Source: Vermamoeba vermiformis (lineage: Eukaryota). From it: DNA of 64,000 nt. This document shows positions 56,244-64,000 of the stretch, piece after piece. The notes below the pieces were generated by a model. That model did not search any database, was not told the origin of the DNA, and worked only from the letters and a program-made list of their open reading frames with translations. Position 1 is the first letter of the stretch. Each line of letters begins with the position of its first letter. Both the position numbers and the translations under genes were made by a program. The stretch covers positions 310,001 through 374,000 of the forward strand of contig JBEWZL010000276.1 in NCBI GenBank assembly GCA_045837725.1, read 5' to 3'.

Positions 56244-57077
56244 TTAAGTACAATCAGCAAAACACAATGATTGAGTCCACTCCGGTATTTGGCAACGGAG
56301 TGGATTGTTTTGCATACGGCAATATAAAAGTGACTTGGGTTGAGTGAAATCAGAAGATATTCCTCTGAGCTGATTATTATCAAGATAGAGATGCAGAAGA
56401 TTATATAATTGGTGCAAAGACGATGGAATTGTGCCTGAAAGTTGGTTGCTACCAGCGTACAAATGCAAAAGACTGTGTAGTTGTCCCAAAGACGATGGAA
56501 TTGTGCCTGAAAGTTGATTGTTGCCAAGATTCAAATATTGAAGACTAGTCAATTGTCCCAATGGCGAAGGAATCACCCCTGAGAGTTGATTGTAGCCAAG
56601 ATTCAGTACGTCAAGAATATTTAATCGACCCAGTGATGAAGGAATCGTTCCAGAGAGTTGATTGTTGTAAAGATTCAAGTGTACCAGATTGCTTAATTGT
56701 CCCAAGGGCGGTGGAATAGTCCCCGATAATTGATTGTTGCCAAGATACAAATAGCGAAGATTAGCCAGTTCTCCTAATGACGAAGGAATCGTTCCTGAAA
56801 GTTGATTGCTACCAAGATCCAACTCGACGATAGTTTGGGTGTCATTGCATTTCACTCCGAACCAAGAGCAAAAAGACGTTGGAGACAACCAACCATAGTT
56901 TGTTGTCCATCCTCTTCCTTCGGTTGATTTGAATAAGTCGATCAAAATATCTCTTTCATTACGATCACGAAGTTTGTTAGCATTTGTGCAATCGTTGAAA
57001 CAAGATAAAACGAGAGCCAATGACATAAAGAGATTCAAAATGGTTGAACGGGTTACCATGGTTGAGCCAAGCTTCAT
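56244..57077 (-). CDS. Intronless secreted LRR protein with plant-type 24-aa repeats and an LRRNT cap
   Basis: Signal peptide, ERDILIDLF...GW...FCSWFGVKC cap, repeated LxLGxNQLSGTIPSSLGxL. Confidence 0.9.
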   Translation of the reverse strand: MKLGSTMVTRSTILNLFMSLALVLSCFNDCTNANKLRDRNERDILIDLFKSTEGRGWTTNYGWLSPTSFCSWFGVKCNDTQTIVELDLGSNQLSGTIPSSLGELANLRYLYLGNNQLSGTIPPPLGQLSNLVHLNLYNNQLSGTIPSSLGRLNILDVLNLGYNQLSGVIPSPLGQLTSLQYLNLGNNQLSGTIPSSLGQLHSLLHLYAGSNQLSGTIPSSLHQLYNLLHLYLDNNQLRGISSDFTQPKSLLYCRMQNNPLRCQIPEWTQSLCFADCT

Positions 57078-57602
57078 AAGCAGAGGAAAGTTTTACAATA
57101 TTTACCCTTGTTTCTTTGTTTTGCTGGTTGTTTTGTTCGTAAATTGAAACAACGTGTGAAACTGTTCATAAAAAATAAGTGGTTGTGAACCTTGCTTTTT
57201 GGTCCACTTGCACCGCGTATTTGAGAGGTTTTCGTTCGTAAAAATTTTGGCATAGCAGCGGTTATTGTGCGTTTCGGTCAAGTTTCGGCAATTAGACTAT
57301 TTTACTAAATTTTAAGTCCGACTGTATCTCCGCCTTTGAGCACCGAGTAGCGGACACGAGGGGTGGGAGTCCAGCCGTTGTCTTTGCCTTTGAGATAACA
57401 GTCAAAAAATCGTCGCAAATCTTCGAGGCAAAATGCCGATGCCCCGAGATTCACTATATCCGTTTTTCTTTCTCCAATATTCCCCGTGGCTACCGAGGAT
57501 CTTTTTAGCAGCTAAACCTTTTTATATCTCCTATTTTTTTCTTCGCTTCGTCGTTAGTGGTTCAGCTGATCTCACTAAGAACAGAACAATGAATTTCAAA
57601 AA

Positions 57603-57719
57603 TCGAAATCAAACACCAAAACAACTCTGAAAACAATACTAATACCAATAACGATAATAATAAGGCCGATAGTAATACAGAGAGTCTAAAGAGCAATAAA
57701 AGTACAGCCAAGTTATTTA
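57603..57719 (+). repeat. Direct repeat copy 2 (117 bp)
   Basis: Near-identical to 55602-55719; ends 10 nt from the PPR stop codon. Confidence 0.95.
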
Positions 57720-57729
57720 CTTAGTATTG

Positions 57730-59974
57730 TCATTTCTCTTCAGCGCTCTTATCTTTGCGCTCAACGCCGTTCATGAATTCTTTCAGCCACGTGACTTTCT
57801 TCAATTTGGTGCACACTTCATTCAATGTGCGCTCTAATACTGCATCCGGCTTAATATTTCGCTCTTTCATGTACTCGAACACTTGTTTCAATCTAACATA
57901 GTACTATTAGTACAACTCTGATAAGGCAATGCTATATCACGACGCACCTATTAGTATCACCAGTCATGTCGCAGGCAATAGCGAGACCGTTCAAAGTGCG
58001 CGCATCAATTTCAAAGTTGTTGTTGATCATTTCATCGAACAATTGGAACGATTTTTCTGGCTCACCGAGCTTAGCGTAGGTAGGGATCATAAGCGCATAC
58101 GTTGATGTGCCTAGGTAATGTTAATATGACATAATTTAGTATAACAGTATTTGATGACACACCAATTTTTCTGTTTTTTCTCATTTCCGCTAAATATTTC
58201 TCCATTTCAGCGCGATTGACGTGCGAATAGACGCGCAGTATAGTGTTATATAATACAGTATCGAGATCAATCAGCTCTTTGTTGCGCTCAATTTCATTTT
58301 CAATAATCACTTCGGCTGCTGCATAGTCCTTGGCTTTAATGCACGAACTCAACAGCAGATCCAATGTTCTGAAAATCATTAGTTTACTAAGTAATTGATA
58401 TACTGCTGTATACCTTGTATCAGGCAATATTTTCCTCGGTTTAATTTCTTTGTTGTAAAATTCGACTGCTCCGAGCGGATTCTCAGAGTTTCTGTAGACA
58501 CGCAGCACGGTGTTGCAGGCACGAACATCTAATATGAGTCACGTGTATTAATACCAATAAGGTCGTACGATGATTGCACGTACCAGGTTTGAGTCCCATG
58601 CCGTTCATGAACTTCCAGTACAACAGCATCTTCTCCTCGTCAAAGTCACGTTCACGCTGCTCATCGCTCTCATAGAGCTGCATCATCGAGCTGAAGGTCG
58701 ATTGGTCCGGTCTCAAGCGTTCTTCTTTGATGCCTGCAAATGTTATTGAGATTAGACAAAGTTATTCTTGAGATGTCAAAGTGTCAAAAATGTCAAATAG
58801 AAGCACGTGTAAGAGGCGACATTGGAAGTGTCAAAGTATCATTTCCTAATTAGGATATCACATATGACTTACGTTGAAATATCTTGAGTGCGTTCTCCTC
58901 GTCGCGTTCATTGGCGCAGGTCTGCAAAATGAGGTTGTAAAAGTGCAAATTGCCTTCAATGTTGAACTTCTTCATCTCATTCAGCACGATGAAACAGCGA
59001 TCAACGTAATTGCCTGGTGTGATGGCCTTAGCACACGCCTATTTACATGGTATCGTTAGTCCCACACCCTTTATATTAAAGTGCGTGTCTATTATCCATC
59101 ACGTACTTGTAACAGCCAAAATAACGTGCCTCGCGTGGGTTTCAAACCAATTTTCTTCGAACTGTTGTACAGCTTGAATGTTTTGTTCACGTGTCCGTTG
59201 TCCGCGCACACACGTATCATTTGGTCCCAGACCCTAATATACAATCATCGTTATTAATACGATCGTTTTGTTGCTAGATCTAGCGCACTTACCACCGCGA
59301 GTATTTGACGTTTTGAAGCAATTTCTTATTTGCAGCGTGATCTTTCATAACGGTGGGATACAGTTCCCATACTTTATGTACATCACTAGCTTCAAACGCT
59401 TTTAATAGGTCCTTTCGTGTTTCTGAAATAAAACTATTAGATCTGGATCCGATCGTGAACTGAGTTCACCAACATTAACTTATGAAAATTAATTTTAATT
59501 ATTTTTGCGACGTTAATAGTAATCACATTAGGGTAATTCATATTCGGTTTAATTAATATTAGATTATTCTAAAATAATTAAAAATTATTTTCTAGATCGC
59601 AGCTCAGCTAACGATGCATTACCTGCCACTAATTTGTTCGATTCTTTTCTAACATTAAATCTCCTTTTTTCTTCGTCTTTTTTCTCTAACTCCTTTTTAT
59701 CTACAATACCCATCACTTTATTGTAAGTTTTGTTACCAAGCACTGATTTAACTGCCGATGGTTCATATGCACGCTCTGCCTTTAGTTTTTTCTTCTTTGC
59801 TAAGGAGCTCGGTTCTTTTTTGTCACTTTCATTGTTGGATTTGCTCGTGTACAAACGAGTGCTGATCGTGCCACTGAATACGGACGCAGTGTTGGCACCG
59901 ATCGTCCATCGATTAGTAGGCCCTCGATTGACTATAGAGCGCACTATTAGCGATGGCTTGAGCAGTTGTGCCAT
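57730..59974 (-). CDS. Pentatricopeptide repeat protein, probably mitochondrial, many exons
   Basis: RPDQSTFSSMM, MNGMGLKP, DTVLYNTILRVYS, MKERNIKPD; presequence-like N-terminus. Confidence 0.8.
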
Positions 59975-60074
59975 TGTTCAAAAATTATGAAAAATAAAAG
60001 TGGATCTGATCGAAGAAAGAACAGGTCAGGTAAAACACGATGCATTCGCTATGGTGATATTTATTGACATTATC

Positions 60075-61101
60075 TTACACTTGTTTACGTTGTTTATGGT
60101 CCTGTTTGACCTGTTCTACAATGTTTTCATCATCGCTGTCCAACACATCTTCGTCAAAACTCTCCATACTTCCTTCTTCACCCTCTTCGTCTTCTCCTTC
60201 TTCCTCGCTCTCTTCTTTGACGGCAGTTTTAGCAGTCTTAGTATTGTTAGGCTTATTCGCAGTCGCTGCTGTCTTTTTTGGTGCCGCGGCAACAGGTTTA
60301 GCAGATTTGGGCTTAGGAGGGGCGTCATCTTCGCTCTCTTCGTCGCTAATATCATCACTATCTTCACCCTCAACATCATCACCTTCCTCATTGCTCTCTT
60401 CGTCAGATCCGCCCTCTTCTTCTATTTCGATCGTGATCTGCCCATTAGGTCCGATTTTAGGTGTGTGACCACGCTCTAACATGCGCAAATATGTTCGTCG
60501 TTTGCGTTCTGACAATGAAGCCAAGATCTTATCGTCTTGTTGCTCTTGGTTTGATTTAACGAACGGGCTGAAAAAAAGATGAGATTCAGATCGGATTCAG
60601 TTGCGTAATTCGTTCAAATCAATAATTGGGTTGTTATAATTAATGCCATATAATACACTTACGAAATAATTTCAGCTCGTTCAACGCATTTAGCGCAGAT
60701 CTTCAAGTCAGTCGCGCATTTTTCGCACACAATATGATAGGCTCTGTAGACAGTTTTTTGTTCGCATCGAGTGCTATCGTATATAATTATATTAGCAAGA
60801 TCAATTATATTAATTAAATAGACATTTAACCGGTTAATTTTTATTTTTCTTATGATCGCGATCTTGTAATTATTAATTTCACAATTTAAAATAATACGTA
60901 CCATTTTCTAGGAGCGGACAATGGCTTATATTTTCTGTAGTTTTTCTTCCACTCTAATTTATCTGTGCATCGTTTACACAATCCTTCGATCGGAGTCTTC
61001 ATGATCTGCGCTGTTTTTTTGCTGTTAGGATTGTGACGGAACTTGAATGCGTTTTGATGACGCGGCGGGTTCTTTCTAACGTTTCCTCGTTCTGTTGACA
61101 T
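60075..61101 (-). CDS. C9orf85/DUF2039-like zinc-binding protein with an acidic tail
   Basis: HQNAFKFRHN, GLCKRCTDKLEWKKNYRKYKPL, AYHIVCEKCATDLKICAKC. Confidence 0.85.
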
Positions 61102-61355
61102 TTTATATGTGGTCTTCTCTTTGTTGCAACGGATCTGGACTAAAAAATTGAAAGCACGCACTTATAAAGAAGAACTTCGTAATTGATTCGATTAATACAA
61201 TTCAGGCATCGACAACGCACTATTCCATGCTCTCGCAAGTGAAATAAATAAGATTTCCGTTCATGAAGGCAAAAGTTCACTTTATTTCTATTTTCTAGCC
61301 ACGTCAAGTTGGATCAACCACAACTGTACACCGCTAAATAATACAAAATATTAAT

Positions 61356-62780
61356 ATGAGCAAGCCACACATTTTAGTCCTTGGCGCAGGTGTTATTGGC
61401 CTTTCAACTGCTTTCGATCTGCTCTCGCTTCCTGGCCAGCCTTATCGCGTGACTGTCCTCGCTGACGGATTCACTCCTTCAACTACTTCAGGTATGTATT
61501 ACTATCCAATTGATTCTCCAAATAACCGACAAAATATCGGTGGATCTGTCAAATTACTAAAATAATTCACTGAAAATTGCCTAGTAATTGATCTACTCAT
61601 TCTAATGGTACATCATTTAATTCATTAATTTTAATTATATTTTTAGACGGTGCTGGTGGCATTTGGTTCCCTTACAAAGCTGAACCGATCGACAAAATCA
61701 TCAAGTGGTGTATTTCAACCAAGAAACGATTTGAACAATTTTTGAAGGAGAACGAGCCTTGCGGTGTTGAAATGGGCACTGGGTACGTATTACCAATTCA
61801 ATACGACACGATTAAGACGCAGATCTGACGTGCGAACAGTTACTGGTTCGAACACGGCCACGAGCCTCAGACCGAGCAACAACGCATTGCACACGAGTGG
61901 TGGAGACCCTTCGTGACCAAGTGGCGCAGACTGCAGGCCTCAGAAGTGCCGAAGAGTGTGAGCTATGGCTACTTCATGGAAGAAGTGCCTCTCATCATCA
62001 CACCGCAGTACATGAAGTGGATGATGGGCAAGGTATGCAATTGACGTTTTTAGACATATTGCCTTATTTGGTAACTGATCACGTGCCTGACAGATCACCA
62101 AACTTGGCGGCAAATTCGTGCAAGGGCACGTCGAGTCCATTCAAGCGACGATCAACGAGTTCAAGAGCCAGCAAGTGACATGTGTCATCAACTGCCTCGG
62201 ACTCGGCGCAGCTAAAGTGCTCGGCGACAAAGAAATGAGCCCTATTCGCGGTGTGCTCGTGCGCGTCAAATTGCCCGAAGGTCATCCCGTGAAACATTTC
62301 TACTTTGACGACGAGAACCCTGAAGGCATTGTCTACATCTTCCCGCGCAAAGACGTGTGCATATTGGGTGGCATGGCTGACAAGGGCAACTGGAGCACTG
62401 AGGCTCGTCTCGATGAAGTGCAAGGCATTATCAACCGTTGCTTGAAGTTGGAGCCGAAATTGGCTGATGCCACTGTTGTCGATACCTGGTACGTAGCTCA
62501 TATAGAAATACAGTAGAATGACCATTTGACTGACATTGCGCGCTAGGGTTGGTTTGAGACCTGGCCGCACTGGTGTTCGCGTCGAGGCTGACACGTCCTA
62601 CCAAGGCGCATTAGTCGTGCACAACTACGGTCACGGTGGCAGTGGTGAGTAGTGCCAATGCTATATGATAGGGCTAGTATTAATGTTGGTTGTAACGCAG
62701 GTTGGACTGTTCAATTTGGCTGCAGTGAAGAAGTGACCGACATTGTGCAGTCACATTTGAAGCCCAAGAGCAAGCTGTAA
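61356..62780 (+). CDS. DAO: D-amino acid/D-aspartate oxidase with peroxisomal PTS1 (-SKL)
   Basis: ILVLGAGVIGLSTA, INCLGLGA, GLRPGR, VHNYGHGGSGWT, C-terminal KSKL. Confidence 0.92.
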
Positions 62781-62837
62781 TTCATGTTATAGTCTCTATA
62801 TCACTATTAAACCACTTTGTAAATTCAAATCAATTGT

Positions 62838-64000
62838 TTATTTGGTTTTGCTTCGTTTAACTTCCCGTTCTTCTTCGTTGTTTGATTCTGGATCGCGCTT
62901 TCGTTTCTTGTCATTTGCAGTGTCATCATTGTTGTTGTTCACTTTATACGTCACAGTAACTTGTTTAATATTGGTGCCGTATCTTCGTCCAACAACAGAG
63001 CTGCGCTGGAACTGTTGCAAAGAGTTATTCAACGCAATCAGATCTGCACTGCTCGCTTGAGGAGGCACGACGACATCTGGCTTAGGCTTTGGTGCCTCTT
63101 TAACCTGTGGAGCATGTGTTGGCTTAGCAGGTGTAGACTTGGGCACGGCAACTTTATCGTCTGATTTCACGGGCGAAGAAGATCGGCCGATGTCACTGGT
63201 AGTCGTCACAATCTTCGCAAACGCGGAGGCTTTAGGAGCCTTTTTCTTATCGTCCTTGCGCTTGTTCTTCGATCCTTTCACTGTACCAACGAGTGGCTCG
63301 TCTTCTTCTTCCTCGGGCACGAGTTCTTGCAAGTTCATCGGCAGTGGCAGCCAGAACGATTTGTACAATTTGATGAGCGTGTAAGGCAGTGTATTTGAGT
63401 AGCTAGTCGGGTTATAAATGTGGTACCTTGATATAATCATGTAGTACTTACAGTGGACACAACACTTCGTCCATGAATGTGCCGAATGAGCCTCGTTGCG
63501 TGAAGTCCATAATCGCTGACACGGACTGCAACAACGTCTTGACTTCTTTGCGTGTCTCTTTTGACATGATCAAGTCCTCTTCTGAACTCTCTGTGCGGTC
63601 TTTGCCGAGCAGTGCTGTGTTCAGTTCAAATCGAATGATCGTTTGTAATAAAAATCTATAACGTGATTAGAAAGATAAATCTAATTTAGGGATAGCACGT
63701 ACATTCTAACTTTGTTTTGCACGTCAACATCTTCCCCGTTGTATTGTTTAGTCAGCTCTTCTAATGACTTGAACAAATGTGATTTCACGGCCTTGGTAAC
63801 CTCTTTAACGCCCTTTGTCGTCACTGCATGTCTGATGCACACGGATAATTGGCGCTCTACATGTGAAACATTGGTGTCCGTACAAAATCGCTCAAAGTTG
63901 CTCGTCAGAAAAGACTTGAGATCTTTGAAGGCAGGGAAGTCAAACACCATTTGATCGTTCGTAGCGTTGTCACTCATCTCTTTCAATAAGGTCTTGCTGC
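62838..64000 (-). CDS. Treslin/Sld3-like replication initiation factor, 3' part only
   Basis: Splices to KVRIFLLQTIIRFEL and FGTFMDEVLCPLY...TLPYTLIKLYKSF, resembling the Sld3/Treslin domain as remembered. Confidence 0.6.

Noticed and set aside
56244-56830. 72-bp periodic DNA repeats suggestive of an array or CRISPR
   Set aside because: They are the coding LRR units and have no unique spacers

Overview
Gene-dense, intron-rich eukaryotic nuclear DNA in the standard code, with about 29 protein genes and mostly 40-150 nt GT-AG introns. It looks like a free-living protist; amoebozoan is my guess. Recognisable genes: MRPL27, SKI3, MTHFR, NOSIP, a bHLH-ZIP factor, thimet oligopeptidase, RPL7A, exopolyphosphatase, beta-tubulin, NSF, a giant SPRY/HECT E3, MTO1, PRPP synthetase, SPC25, HPS1, Bud32/TP53RK, an F-box protein, a PPR protein, C9orf85-like, D-amino acid oxidase and a Treslin/Sld3-like gene. 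The strongest unexplained signal is a highly iterated palindrome family (CACGTG core; TGACANNTGTCA, GTCACGTGAC). It saturates many gene bodies in every reading frame but avoids AT-rich gene 5' ends, RPL7A and a foreign-looking insert. Other highlights are a micro-exon EF-hand/Hsp20 fusion missed by the ORF track, a 1.9 kb LRR-gene insert between 118-bp direct repeats, a peptidoglycan-binding-like domain inside HPS1, a GLEBS motif in the HECT ligase, and a structured element in a NOSIP intron. CDS coordinates are spans including introns, spliced by eye. Family calls come from remembered motifs, not database searches.
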